Virus record (IMG/VR): IMGVR_UViG_3300037067_027684 | Coordinates: 64,001-128,000 of that record | Origin: a virus | Lineage: Duplodnaviria > Caudoviricetes | Length of the DNA stretch: 64,000 nt | Direction: 5' to 3' (one strand) | Shown: piece after piece, positions 48,660-59,771 of the stretch | How the letters are laid out: each line of letters opens with the position of its first letter | Numbering within the stretch: position 1 is the first letter of the stretch | Notes under the pieces: model-generated | Seen by the model: only the letters and a program-made list of their open reading frames with translations | Told to the model about the DNA's origin: nothing | Databases searched by the model: none | Made by a program: the position numbers and the translations under genes

Positions 48660-49517
48660 ATGGCTAAGAAGGGTGCCGCAGCACTGTTGGGCAAGTTCAC
48701 GAAGACCGAGGAAAAGAAGAGTAAGAGTGAAACTCCGTTTGTGGAGTTGAAGCCCACTACCGAGAATGTTGAAGCAATCATCAACTGGGTTCGCCACAAG
48801 CGTCAGGAACGTGCGTCTGAGACTGCTCGTAAGCAGCAAGAAGAGCTTATTCGTCCGGAGAGTATTGCCGCCCGCAAGGATCATTGTATGAAGGTGCAGA
48901 AATTTACATCTACGGTCAAAGTCAAGGTTGATTCTCGTGAGTATAAGAAGGCGAAATTGGCTCTGGCCAAGACTGCTGATGAGAAGAAGGAAATTGAAGC
49001 TCTTGAGGATGAGTACATTCTGACGTTCGTGACTCAGGATAAGTACAGCGATATTCCTCTGGATCGTGAGCCTGCTTTGAAGGCTACAATTGCTCAGATT
49101 TTTGGTATTAAGGCTAAAACTCCTGAGGAATTGAAGCTTGATCCTAAGACCGATAAGGCTATTCAGGATCAGCTTATTCAGGAGGAGTTGGATTCTGCTC
49201 TTGAGAATAAGTTCAATGAGTTGTTTGTTGTTGAACCTACGATTAAGATTAGTGATGCTGGTAAGCTTCAACTGGATGATTTGCTTCCTAAGATCATTCG
49301 GGCTTGTGGTGGTGAGAAGAAGCCCGATGAGAAGGAAGAGGAGTTCCAGGAGCGGTGTGAGGCTGAATTTGCAAAGTTCTTCACGGTGACTCAGGTTTAT
49401 ACGCCGACTGAGGCTATGCATCAGGGTCGGGTGCTGAATCCTACGATTGCTGCTTTTGCGGATGAGGCAATTAAGAATGGCTTGATTAAGCATAATTCTC
49501 CCTCGTTCAAGGAGTAA
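48660..49517 (+). CDS. Hypothetical E/K-rich protein
   Basis: Start at 48660 after a 27-nt leader identical to that of 48292. Confidence 0.7.
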   Translation: MAKKGAAALLGKFTKTEEKKSKSETPFVELKPTTENVEAIINWVRHKRQERASETARKQQEELIRPESIAARKDHCMKVQKFTSTVKVKVDSREYKKAKLALAKTADEKKEIEALEDEYILTFVTQDKYSDIPLDREPALKATIAQIFGIKAKTPEELKLDPKTDKAIQDQLIQEELDSALENKFNELFVVEPTIKISDAGKLQLDDLLPKIIRACGGEKKPDEKEEEFQERCEAEFAKFFTVTQVYTPTEAMHQGRVLNPTIAAFADEAIKNGLIKHNSPSFKE

Positions 49518-49528
49518 TCAAGCGTGGT

Positions 49529-49557
49529 TGGTGCCCGTCCAAATCGGACGGGCACCA
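49529..49557 (+). terminator. 12-bp hairpin
   Basis: TGGTGCCCGTCC/GGACGGGCACCA; no U tract. Confidence 0.4.
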
Positions 49558-49573
49558 CTGTAAGGAGCCAGAT

Positions 49574-52500
49574 ATGCAAGCTTTGATGAATAAGAGGGTT
49601 AGGTATGAGTTGTCTAAAGTTGCGCCGTCGATTCACTTTGCGGTAGATTGGGAAGTTGACCCATATTTCATATGGAATGGTTTTGGGCCAGACCCACGAA
49701 ATAAGGGTTACTATCCTCATGATGTGACGGTAACGGCAACTGTTATTATTAATGGTGATTTAGTTAAAGGTCAAAATGTCCTTGGTGGGTCTTATGATAA
49801 GCCAGGGAAACTTTGTCGTAATGTACATGGTTATTTGCTTCAAATGATTGATGAGGCTATTGATGATTTGAGGAAGAAGGTGGGGGTAACTGGTCTGTGT
49901 TTGACGTGTGAGATGCACAAGGCGCAATCCTTGCTAAAGAAATTAATGACGCAGGCATACAACAGACAGCGGAAGGGCAAGAAATGACACCACACCCAAT
50001 CGTTGGTGCTTTGATTGACCAAGATCGATTCAAGTCCTCAGGAAAATGTGAGCAGTGTGGTAAGGAAGCTGATTTGAGACCTTATGGGCCGAATGGCCAA
50101 AAGATTTGTGTTGAATGTGGTTGTAAAGACGAAGAGGCAACAATTAAACGCATTAAAGCCCTTTTTGAACCATTGATTTTTGGAGGTAAGAAATGATCAA
50201 AGCTAATGTTTATATTGTTCCCGTCCAAAATGGTTATGCTGGTTCGGTTTTGAATGCAAGATATCTTGGTTCGGTTGAGGCCAATGTGTTGGAGCTTGAG
50301 GACACTCTTCGTAAAATTCCTCTTGTTTGTGGAGTTAGCAGTTTTCCTACTAAGGGTGGGGTTGATGTTGTGATTCACAAACATGTGAAGAATTAGGAGA
50401 GGGTTATGGATCAGAAAAAACTGACTGACTTAGAGCAGAGAATGTTCAAGGCACTTATGGAGGCCGATGTAGCTTTTGCGGTCTTTAACATTACTGAGGT
50501 TACGCCTCAGGCTCGTGCTTCTTTGATTAAGGCTTGGCCGCTGGTTCAGGATTGCATTGCGGAGGTTAAGGGTGAGGATTCCGCTTATGCCGAAGCTATT
50601 CGTCTGGCTCGTGCTGAGGATACAAAGTGGTGGACGATGCATTCTTCGCCCCAAGAATAAATTTCAAACCAGCCTAGAAAGGAGGAGACATGATCTACAC
50701 TTATGGTGATAAGCCATTACGTGATTTCAAGACCAACATTGCTCATTATTCTGATGGGAATTGGTTCTTCTCCACGAAGGCAGATGGTTGGAGAACAAGG
50801 ATTGTTCGCGATAAGAGTCAGCGAATTATAAGCCCATTTGGCCAATCTTCATGGGCGAGGGGCAGGGATAAGTCATTATTCTTCCTATCTAGTAGAGACA
50901 TGAAAAAGGGTGGTCCTACTCAGATTCCAGTAAGTGAGGAAATTGTCAAATCTGTTGAGGCTCTGGATTTAGCTGATTTGTCTCTACTTGACACTGAGTG
51001 GATGGCTCGTCGGACTATTGGTGAATGTCTTGAGAAACTTTTTGTGATTGATGTGGCTGTTCTTGCTGATAAGTCGTTTGCTGACGAGACCTACTATCAA
51101 CGAAAGAATATTCGGGAGGAGTTGTTGGTTGGTAAATTGACTTCTTGTTTAGATGCTTTGGAGGAGACTTCAGTCAATCTACAAGAGTTCTATGATAAGA
51201 TGACCACAATTCCGTGGACTGAGGGGATGGTTGGGAAGCATAAGAATAGTAAGTTGAAAGCAAGTTCATTCACATCGGTTGATAATCCATTGTGGGTCAA
51301 GATAAAGTGGCGTGATGGGTCAAGTGGTAGAGATACTTATCAGTCGATTTAGGAGGAATCATGGGCAAAATTGAGGATTATGCTGTTCATAAGAGTTTGT
51401 GTAATTTGAAGACTCCATGCAGTTGTGGTCTGGATAAGGTTAGGAAATCAATGAATACTGTTTTGCTCGTCATCGAGATGTCACCTTGTGGTGGTACGCA
51501 TTTAGTTTTTAGAGTTCCCGAGGATGAAGCTGATGATCTTCGGGAAAGATGTGATGACAAACTTTCTGGTGATGGTAATCATGGTGTGCCAACTGTTGTT
51601 GAACGAATTGGTACGAAAAAGGACCTATTAGAATTACTAAACAGAAAGGAGTGAATTTATGTGGAACTATTATTTGGGGAAGCCAATCAGTCAAAGTAGT
51701 GTCCAGTTGAAACCAATTGGTGTCTACAAAACTCTGTTGTGGTTTGTTGATGACAAGCCAATCTACCACGACACACCAATCTATGGTAGGCGCAAGCATT
51801 TCTTGGAGTTAGCGAAGAAGTGGGCTAATCAAGTTTTGATTGTGTGTTTGGATGATTACATGTGGATTAATGAGTGAGGTGCCATGTGAAAAGTGAGATT
51901 AGTAAATCTCTCGAAATTCGAGAAGCACTTGACCAACCTCTTTTTGTTGGTCAGCCGTACACATTGCGGCTTGTATTGCAAGAGTTCGCCGCTGTAATGG
52001 AGGGCAATTCTTCTGTTCATGACATTCGAACCCATACTGGTTTGTGTGAGGAAGAGTGTCTTAATATTAGTAAGATTGCCCAACTTCTTCTCGCTTCGAA
52101 GGAGTTGTGATGAGAATAACAATTTCCCTCTAGGAAAGGTTGAAGACCATGGGAAAGGTGATTAACGAGATTGTGCAGTTTGATCCTGGTTTCAAACAAC
52201 GCCTCGAAAATACAATGCTAGCCAAAGCCCCCAAGCTACCTGAAGCTGAAACCAAGTTGCTTCTGAGCTTGTTTACTGGCAAGCCTCTGGCTCCTTCCGT
52301 GTTCAAGCGTTGCGTTAGGACTATTGTTAGGGCTATGTCTGTCGTTCCATCCTACTCTATTTCTGATAGTTTGGTTTTGGCTAATGGTGAGGTTGATAGG
52401 AGTAATTCCAAGGTTATTCGTTGGTCGAAGCGTGATATTGCAAGGGATAGGTTTGAATATCTATATCTAACCGTTCGGAACATATTTTCGTAATACTTGC

Positions 52501-52781
52501 GGTGGTATCTGTGTCGGATACCAACAAACAGAGAAAAGTTTTTCTCTTTCCCAGAAAGCGAGGGTTTTCTTGTGGAAGATCATATTAGTACGCCCATTGA
52601 CGAACAGATGATGCCTTGTCCTAAATGTCAAACACTTCACTACCACAACGTTGAAAACATTGTTAATTGTAAATGTGGAGCTAGCCTTAAATTTGCAGTT
52701 CCACTTTTGTTCTGGGACGCAATGCCTTACGGATGGAAGTGGGTCGTTCAAGAAAAGGCGGAGCTTAATGCCTCCCTATAG
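49574..52781 (+). other. Tightly packed array of small early-type hypothetical genes
   Basis: Consecutive 60-220 aa ORFs with SD sites and ATGA overlaps. Confidence 0.7.
50690..51352 (+). CDS. Minimal ATP-dependent ligase (adenylation domain only)
   Basis: Motif I KADGWR, III LDTEW, IIIa FVIDV, IV EGMVGK, V WVKIK; no OB-fold. Confidence 0.75.
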   Translation: MIYTYGDKPLRDFKTNIAHYSDGNWFFSTKADGWRTRIVRDKSQRIISPFGQSSWARGRDKSLFFLSSRDMKKGGPTQIPVSEEIVKSVEALDLADLSLLDTEWMARRTIGECLEKLFVIDVAVLADKSFADETYYQRKNIREELLVGKLTSCLDALEETSVNLQEFYDKMTTIPWTEGMVGKHKNSKLKASSFTSVDNPLWVKIKWRDGSSGRDTYQSI

Positions 52782-52797
52782 AGTGGAGCGGATGCCA
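52771..52797 (+). promoter_or_regulatory. CTCCC-N16-TGCCA motif
   Basis: CCTCCCTATAGAGTGGAGCGGATGCCA upstream of the AAA operon. Confidence 0.6.
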
Positions 52798-52855
52798 CGG
52801 TGTTGTCGTGGGGAAGGACAATCGCAAGGGAATCCGCTGGAGAAAGGAGATTTAC

Positions 52856-52972
52856 ATGTTTGCGCACGTGACACATGACGAGGTTTCGTTGGTCAGTTCG
52901 TTGATGGTGCTTGGCTTTGCTTTTGGAGCTTACTTTGGTTTCCGGATGCTGAAGAAGATTTTTGGTAAGTAA
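52856..52972 (+). CDS. 38-aa single-TM peptide (not in ORF track)
   Basis: SD AAAGGAG; MFAHVTHDEVSLVSSLMVLGFAFGAYFGFRMLKKIFGK. Confidence 0.6.
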   Translation: MFAHVTHDEVSLVSSLMVLGFAFGAYFGFRMLKKIFGK

Positions 52973-52998
52973 AGACCTCTAGAAAAGGAGAGAAGACG

Positions 52999-55900
52999 AT
53001 GGCTGAAAAGAAGACTGCTGCTGTTGTTGAGTCGCCAACTGAAGCACGGATCATTAATTACATCAAAGCGGCCTACCCAATTCTGTGGCTGCAGACTGCG
53101 GAAGAGTCTCGTGCTGAACGCGAACTCCTCAATATCGCCAAGAAGATGCAACGTCGGATTTCGGTGTGGAGTTTCACCGAAGGATTCCTCAACCTGCAGG
53201 AAGATGGCAAGGAATCCCGCGCCTCTGGCGATGCTTCCTCTGAAGATCCTATTGAAGCTCTGAAGAAGATCAAAGACGAGGCCGCTAATGTTGGCCAAAT
53301 CTACATCTTCCGTGACCTTCATGCGTTCTTCAACAATCCGAAGGTTGTCCGATTGCTTCGGGACATTGCTCGTGAATTCAAGCAGGGCAAGAAAGTGCTG
53401 GTCGTTCTCAGTCCGTTGAATAAGCTGCCGCCTGAGGCGGAGCGTGACATCACCTTGGTTGATTATGGACTCCCGAATCGTCCGGTTATCACCAAGATTT
53501 GGGATAACATGTACGCCAAGAACAAGACTGGTATCGTGAAGACCAATGGCGATAAGGAATTTTCTGCCGATGAACATGAGAAGATTTCTCAGGCTGCTCT
53601 TGGTCTTACGACTGTCGAAGCTGAAAATGCTTTTGGTAAGGCTGTGATTGAGTGGGCGGCTCTTCCGATTGAGGATCGGCCTACCATCAGTTCTCTGGTG
53701 ATGAAGGAGAAGGCTGCTGCGGTCAAGAAGTCTGGTATTCTGGAATATTTCGAGCGGCGTGAGTCTATCAAGGATATTGGTGGCCTTGAGGCTCTTAAGA
53801 GTTGGCTGGATGTCCGCAAGCGGGCTTTGTCGCTCTCTGCGCGGGAATTCGGCTTGCCGATGCCTCGTGGTATTCTGCTGGTGGGGTTGCCTGGTTGCGG
53901 TAAGTCCTTGGTTGCTAAGGCTACTGCTGGTATTCTGGGCGTGCCTCTAATCCGTTTCGATATTGGCCGCGTGTTTGCTGGTCTGGTCGGTCAGTCTGAG
54001 ATGAACATGCGTTCTGCTCTTCAGACGATTGACGCTATCGGCAATTGTCTTACCGGTGATACTCAGGTAACGATGAAGGATGGATCTCTCCTTCAGATCG
54101 ACCAAATTAAGGTTGGTGATGAAGTTGCTTGTGTTGATGAGAAAACCGGCAAGATCACTACAACCAAGGTAATTCATGTTCAATCTCGTCGTAAGGATAC
54201 CATTCGTCTCTCGAATAAGAGTGGTGATTCGGTAACGGCGACTTTGGATCATCGGTTCCTTGTCCTCACTGATGGTGAAATGGTTTGGAAGCAAGCCTCT
54301 GAATTGAAGATTGGTGATTTGGTTGGTGTGCCTGTGAAACTTCCTTTCAATAAGGATGTGTCTGTTTTGGATCTGCTTCCTAAAGAGGCTAGGATCTATG
54401 GCGTTGATCGTTCTGATAAGAGGGTGCCTGCCTACGTTCGTTGTGATTCGGAGAAATATCCTGACCCATTCATGAATAAGTGCCTTATGACCAAAGATGA
54501 ATGGCTCTCGAAAGACAAGCATCGAGTTTCTACAGGCGCTGGTCTTTATCTCTCTGAAGTTACTGTGCCATCTCGGATTTCAGAGGAAATGTGTTATGTG
54601 GCTGGTCTTGTGGCGAGTGATGGTCATATTGGTGGTCGTCATGTTGGATTCACCAATAGTCAGAAATTGCTTCATGAACCAGTTAGGAACTTCATGAAGA
54701 GTCTATTGCTGAATCCTGTGACTCGGGAATCATTGGCTGATTCCAAATACGAATCATACAAACAGTTGTCTGGGATTTCTGAAAATCCCAGCCTTGCTGT
54801 GATCGAAGAGACTAAGACTTGTGGTAAGCTTTTTAGCCAAATCTTCAGGGCTTTACAGGAAAAGTTGCTTACATTAGACCCTGATCTTCTTCGTTGGTGG
54901 TTGGCTGGCTATGTAGATGGCGATGGTTCTACATCGCTTCCTCAACATCCTGAGAAGATTGTCATTTGCTCTAAGAAGAGCAAAAATGCTCAGCTTGTTC
55001 GTGAAGTAATTCGAAGGTTGGGCATCATTCCTCCTAAATGGGATGGAAAGGCAATTGAGGTTTCTGGGCAACGCGCTAGAGATCTCGCTATTATGTTGAC
55101 TAATAAGGTTAAGACGCCTTGGAAGTCTGACAACATCAAGAGTATCATTCGTTCTGAGAAAGTCGCTTCTAGTCGTGATTCTGGGTTTAAGGTTGGTAAG
55201 AAACTCAAGGCACTTAGAAAGAATGCTGGAATCAAATCGACTGCAATGTCAGTTGGTTCTGGCTCGATTTCTCGCGCCGAAAGTGATGTTTCGATTTGTG
55301 AACAAACCCTTAGTCGTATTAATGACGATCTGAAGGGTTCTTTCGATTATCTCCTTAATTCTGATGTCCGATGGGTACCAATTACCAAGCTTGAGGAAAT
55401 TGGTGAAGAGACCGTCTACGACATCAGTTGTGAGGGCGATAATACTCATAGCTTTATTGCGAATGGGATTGTTGCACATAATTGTGTCGTCTGGATTGAC
55501 GAAATGGAGAAGGCGTTCGCTGGCATGGGTTCGTCCAGCACGACTGATTCTGGTGTTAGCCAGCGTGTCTTCGGTTCTTTGATCACGTGGATGCAAGAGA
55601 AGAGCAGTCCTTCGTTTATGGTCGCCACAGTGAACCGAATCGAAGGTCTTCCTCCGGAATTGCTCCGTAAAGGTCGCTTCGATGAGATTTTCTTTGTCGA
55701 TCTGCCGACTGCTAAGGAGCGTCAGGAGATTCTCAAGATTCATCTTGAGAAGGATCGTCGTACTGAGGAGTTCCAGGATGGCGCTTGGCGTTATAAGTTC
55801 GATGAGGTTTTCAAGAATAAGTCTGAACTTGAGAACTGCATTTCTGCTTCTGAGAACTTCAGCGGTGCTGAACTAGAGGAAGCAATCGTGACTGCTCTCT

Positions 55901-56103
55901 ATACGGCTTATTACCGTGATGATAAGGCGGCTGATAAGTTCGGCCTGTACATCTACGGGGCGATCCAGAACACTCGTGCTCTGGCTAAGACGAATGAGGG
56001 CCAGTTAAAGGCGATGAAGACGTGGGCTGAGAATAATGCGGTCCATGCTTCGATCAAGGCTGGTACGAAGAAGGCTGACGCTCGGACGTTGGATATTGGT
56101 TAA
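52999..56103 (+). CDS. Ycf46-like AAA+ ATPase, intein-containing (555-aa extein)
   Basis: T.EE.RA N-domain, KKSGILEY, IGGLEALKSWL, Walker A GLPGCGKS, Walker B VVWIDE, LPPELLRKGRFDEIFFVDLP. Confidence 0.9.
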   Translation: MAEKKTAAVVESPTEARIINYIKAAYPILWLQTAEESRAERELLNIAKKMQRRISVWSFTEGFLNLQEDGKESRASGDASSEDPIEALKKIKDEAANVGQIYIFRDLHAFFNNPKVVRLLRDIAREFKQGKKVLVVLSPLNKLPPEAERDITLVDYGLPNRPVITKIWDNMYAKNKTGIVKTNGDKEFSADEHEKISQAALGLTTVEAENAFGKAVIEWAALPIEDRPTISSLVMKEKAAAVKKSGILEYFERRESIKDIGGLEALKSWLDVRKRALSLSAREFGLPMPRGILLVGLPGCGKSLVAKATAGILGVPLIRFDIGRVFAGLVGQSEMNMRSALQTIDAIGNCLTGDTQVTMKDGSLLQIDQIKVGDEVACVDEKTGKITTTKVIHVQSRRKDTIRLSNKSGDSVTATLDHRFLVLTDGEMVWKQASELKIGDLVGVPVKLPFNKDVSVLDLLPKEARIYGVDRSDKRVPAYVRCDSEKYPDPFMNKCLMTKDEWLSKDKHRVSTGAGLYLSEVTVPSRISEEMCYVAGLVASDGHIGGRHVGFTNSQKLLHEPVRNFMKSLLLNPVTRESLADSKYESYKQLSGISENPSLAVIEETKTCGKLFSQIFRALQEKLLTLDPDLLRWWLAGYVDGDGSTSLPQHPEKIVICSKKSKNAQLVREVIRRLGIIPPKWDGKAIEVSGQRARDLAIMLTNKVKTPWKSDNIKSIIRSEKVASSRDSGFKVGKKLKALRKNAGIKSTAMSVGSGSISRAESDVSICEQTLSRINDDLKGSFDYLLNSDVRWVPITKLEEIGEETVYDISCEGDNTHSFIANGIVAHNCVVWIDEMEKAFAGMGSSSTTDSGVSQRVFGSLITWMQEKSSPSFMVATVNRIEGLPPELLRKGRFDEIFFVDLPTAKERQEILKIHLEKDRRTEEFQDGAWRYKFDEVFKNKSELENCISASENFSGAELEEAIVTALYTAYYRDDKAADKFGLYIYGAIQNTRALAKTNEGQLKAMKTWAENNAVHASIKAGTKKADARTLDIG
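54046..55482 (+). mobile_element. Intein with LAGLIDADG endonuclease (479 aa), inserted just before Walker B
   Basis: CLTGDT, ATLDHRF, VAGLVASDG, LAGYVDGDG, VYDIS..FIANGIVAHN|C. Confidence 0.93.
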
Positions 56104-56155
56104 ACTCAACGAGGACGGGGTAGCATTTGGCTACCCTTTTAGAAAGGAATAAAAG

Positions 56156-57124
56156 ATGCCTAGTTTTTCCAAGCAAATGCTTTTGGGTCTCTATCAGGAA
56201 GAGAATACTCGGTTCGAAATTCTTGGATATATGTGTTGGTGGAATATCCGTAACGTGCAGTTGACCCAAAGTCAGTTCGGAAAGATGTTGGAGGATTGCG
56301 GTCTGAATCGGAAGTATGCTCGCACGCACAATTATCGGTCTGCTTTCATCCGTGCTCTCCGGAATTTGGAGGAGCAGCGAATTATCCGTAAGGTCGAGGA
56401 AACTGATCGATATTTGGTCTATCAGTTCACGGCTGAGCAGAAGATTAGTGAAGGTCAGACTGCTGAGTTGGAATATGATCAGGAGACAATTGTTGTTCTC
56501 GATAAGGAGTCTTATTATAAGGATCAGGATTTCCTTAAATCTCTGGTCAAGGGCCGTGAGGATATCCGACAGGCTGTGGCTTCGCATTTTGAGCGTGAGC
56601 GTGTTGCTTATTCGTCTTCTGATATCACTCGTTATGTTCAGAAGATCATGGGCGATCAGGCTGATTATGTGAGTATGCGTGAGCAGGGTTGTTTGTACTT
56701 TGTGCCTGCTGGTTTTCAGGGTACGGTTAGTGCTTGTGAGCGGTTGGTCCAGATGCTTGGTGGTGGTTCTCGTTTCGATTCGATGCCTGTTCCGAATGTT
56801 CAGGCGAATCGGATGATGGTTGGTGCTGCTGCTACTGATGAGTTGCGTCGGTTGTATGAGAAGTTGGCTGTTGAGGTTAAGGCTTCGGTTGATACTGCTA
56901 CTGATAAGTGGACTGAGGGTAAGTTGGTTGAAGTGCGTTCTATTCTTGCTCGTATTGGTATGTATGGTGATGTGATGAAGGAGAAGGAGCGTGAGAGTTT
57001 GGTTAATGATTTCTCTGCTCTTGAGAAGGAGTTGTTCCCTGATCGTGAGTTGGATTTGACTCCTGTAACGGAGACTCCGGTGGCAGAGCCTAAGAGTGCT
57101 GAGGCTGCTGCGACCCCTGTCTAA
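56156..57124 (+). CDS. DUF6744/DUF3150-like protein
   Basis: LGY.CWW.I, AF.RA.R.L, R.QG.LYFVP; directly follows the AAA gene. Confidence 0.45.
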   Translation: MPSFSKQMLLGLYQEENTRFEILGYMCWWNIRNVQLTQSQFGKMLEDCGLNRKYARTHNYRSAFIRALRNLEEQRIIRKVEETDRYLVYQFTAEQKISEGQTAELEYDQETIVVLDKESYYKDQDFLKSLVKGREDIRQAVASHFERERVAYSSSDITRYVQKIMGDQADYVSMREQGCLYFVPAGFQGTVSACERLVQMLGGGSRFDSMPVPNVQANRMMVGAAATDELRRLYEKLAVEVKASVDTATDKWTEGKLVEVRSILARIGMYGDVMKEKERESLVNDFSALEKELFPDRELDLTPVTETPVAEPKSAEAAATPV

Positions 57125-57129
57125 GGGGG

Positions 57130-57198
57130 ACTCCCTAGAGAGGGGAGTGATTGCCACTATCATAGTAGGGGAGGAGCGGGTGTTCCGCTCCTCCTCCC
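57130..57198 (+). promoter_or_regulatory. CTCCC-N16-TGCCA motif plus downstream GC hairpin
   Basis: ACTCCCTAGAGAGGGGAGTGATTGCCA; GGAGGAGCGG/CCGCTCCTCC. Confidence 0.6.
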
Positions 57199-58176
57199 AT
57201 TCTAAGGAGATTTGAAATGATTAAGTCCGTGAAGGAAGTTGAAGATGCGATGGTTGAGTCTGTAGTTCAGGTCCTTCATCCCAATGGGAATCAATATTTT
57301 ATTGCTCAGACGCGTGGCGAAGTTCAGCCCGCTTATTCGCGCAAAGTACGAACTGCTGCTTTTGTTAAGGTTTATGGGCGCAATCCAGAGAACGATGTGG
57401 AATTGTTCAGTAACACACCGATTATGTTCACTCCTGGTGTTTTGGAACTGGAGTGAAAGGAGGAATCATGAGTAAGGCTGAGCAACAGCGCAAGCATGCT
57501 TTCCGTCGCTCTAGGGAGCGTGTTGAGGGTAAAATTACTCAGAATGATTATGTTCAGATCATCAAGATGATTCAGACTGGTAAGGCTTGTTTTCTTGAAC
57601 GTCAATCGAATCGTGTTACTTTGTGGATTCTTGTTTATAGGGATGAGCCTGTTCGGGTTGTTTATGATAAGGTGCGTAGTCAGGTTGTATCGTTCCTTCC
57701 GATTGAGGAGGAGCATTTTAACAAGCTTGAGGCTTGGGAGGAGAAGAGAAATGTACAAAATACAATGGCGCAGGCAGTGGTCCCAAACTCTAACTGATGG
57801 GTTGTCGAAATATCCAAGTCTTGAGGCGGCTAATCACCAAGTTGTGATTTGGCAATCAATTTTCCGAGATAATGAGTACTTTGTGATTTTAGGAGATTAA
57901 CATGGTAGTAATGACCAATCCGCCAGATTCCACAACTCCGCAAGAACAGTTGGTTGGAACTAATATTCCTGAATTCTTCGCTAGTCTAAAGATTGCTGCT
58001 TCTACCGCTATCGGCTATAGTTGGAGGCCGGTTATGGTGTTTCGAAATGAAGAGAACAAGCGTGAATTTATAGCCGTTGATAAGAAAGACGTTCAGATGT
58101 TTCGCTCCACTCACAAAAAGTGGAGAAGAATTGTTACGGTGACACCTCACATTTTTGAGAAATAGGAGGCTAAGCA

Positions 58177-58452
58177 ATGCCTTGTTTCACTTTGGTGCAA
58201 GTCGAGGTTAAGGATAAGGTGATGGCAGAGAGGGCACTCAAGAAGATGGGTGCCAAAGCCTCCATTGAGAAGAATGCCAATGGGACTTATACTGTGACTC
58301 CCGCAAAGCAGGATGCCTCATTCCGAGACACCTTCATGTCTGAATATGCCGCGCAGGTAGCCACGGCTAAGGCTCAGGCGGATGGCTACACAGTTACACG
58401 TCAAGAAGTTGATGGTGAAACTGTCCTCTATTTGAGGGATTATTCGTCATGA
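58177..58452 (+). CDS. DUF1257 (Ycf35)-like protein
   Basis: MPCFT.V.VEVKD....RAL.KMG..F..EYA.......A...GY.V...E.DG...L.L. Confidence 0.55.
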   Translation: MPCFTLVQVEVKDKVMAERALKKMGAKASIEKNANGTYTVTPAKQDASFRDTFMSEYAAQVATAKAQADGYTVTRQEVDGETVLYLRDYSS

Positions 58453-59576
58453 AGAAAAGTAATGTCATGAAAACACACATGCATGCTCCGCCTGAACAAG
58501 TGAAGCTGGTCAAGGACTTTCTGAAGCACACAAAGAAACACACAATCTCGATTTTCTCAGAGGATTGGTGTAGACATTGGACTAAGTATTCCAAGTCGAA
58601 TTATCTTCGATTGATTACTTTGCTTAGGAAAGTCTATAGCCCAGTTGATCTATACGACCACAATGATGAGTTTAAGGCAGTTCTCATTATCATGGGTGTT
58701 AGGTTGGCATGGGGAATTCATGCTAGTCGTGCATATAGGTATGCTTATGTTCAGCGTTATGCTTTAGACGCGGGGTGCGAATACACAATTTTGTCTAATC
58801 ATGATTTTTCAAAGATTGATCCCAATTACCCATGGGAGAATTGGGATATCTTCCTAAAGGAGTGAAAAATGAAAATTTTGCTAGCCCCTAACAAAGATGC
58901 AGTTGGTACTGGCACACTTGATTTCTGCCATACAACTCCAGGCGAATTACTTGTGGTTTCTTCTTCTAGATGCTCCAAGGGCACTGTTGAGGATGAATGT
59001 GGTTGTCATCGCTCGATGACTGGAACTCAATCAAAGAAGGGCACAACAATTGGTATTGTTGCTGAGATGCCTGAAGGTGAGGTTATGAAATGGGTTAAAC
59101 ATCGCTCTGACAATTATTATTCCAAAATCGATGGTGCATCAGATGAATTAAAGAACCATTTAACAGCATGGACCATGCGTGAGCTTAAGCTAATTGCCGA
59201 TGATATTAGTGAAATTCCTGTTGGTTCGCGTGTTGGTTTCGCTTTTACGAATAGCACAATCGATATCTTCCGCGCTGGTGAGCGCAAGAAACATGGGGTG
59301 TAAACATGGATTTCGATAAAATGACGGAGCTTACTGATAAGATGGAGGTAGAGATTAGAGAGCTTAACCATTTGTCCAAGGCTTGTTTGACACTTGGCCT
59401 ACATGATTTGGCCGACAAACTAGCATGCTCTGCCGTGGAATTAAACAATATTTCCCACGACTTTAAAGTTACTGTCGTAAAAGATTTGGATCAACGTTAT
59501 AAGCAGGCGCAGCAGTTCTCTGCTACTGTTCTGGAGGCTACCTTGACAGGAATTGCCCTTGGGAAGGAGGCTCCAA

Positions 59577-59771
59577 ATGAAGCAAGTAATCGTTAAAATT
59601 GGGAAAGGTGGTCGAACCAAGATTCTTGCTGAAGGGCCACTTGGTGCTGGTACTGAGAAGTTTACAGCTGAGTTGGCTAGGGATCTGGGTACTATCCAAG
59701 AGCGACATGCAGGCTGGTTCCACACACACAACGAACAACATACTCATGTAGAGGGACACGTCCATGATTGA
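59577..59771 (+). CDS. DUF2997-like protein 1
   Basis: MKQVIVKIGKGG.TKI.AEG..G....FT.ELA.DLG...ERH. Confidence 0.55.
   Translation: MKQVIVKIGKGGRTKILAEGPLGAGTEKFTAELARDLGTIQERHAGWFHTHNEQHTHVEGHVHD

Noticed and set aside
52771-52797. Sigma54 promoter on the reverse strand (TGGCA)
   Set aside because: The -12 TTGC element is missing and the orientation points away from downstream genes
48435-57163. Long antisense ORFs (48435-49493, 56054-57163, also 38810-39391, 19849-20478)
   Set aside because: Shadow frames caused by biased codon usage of the real genes; no SD or recognisable motifs
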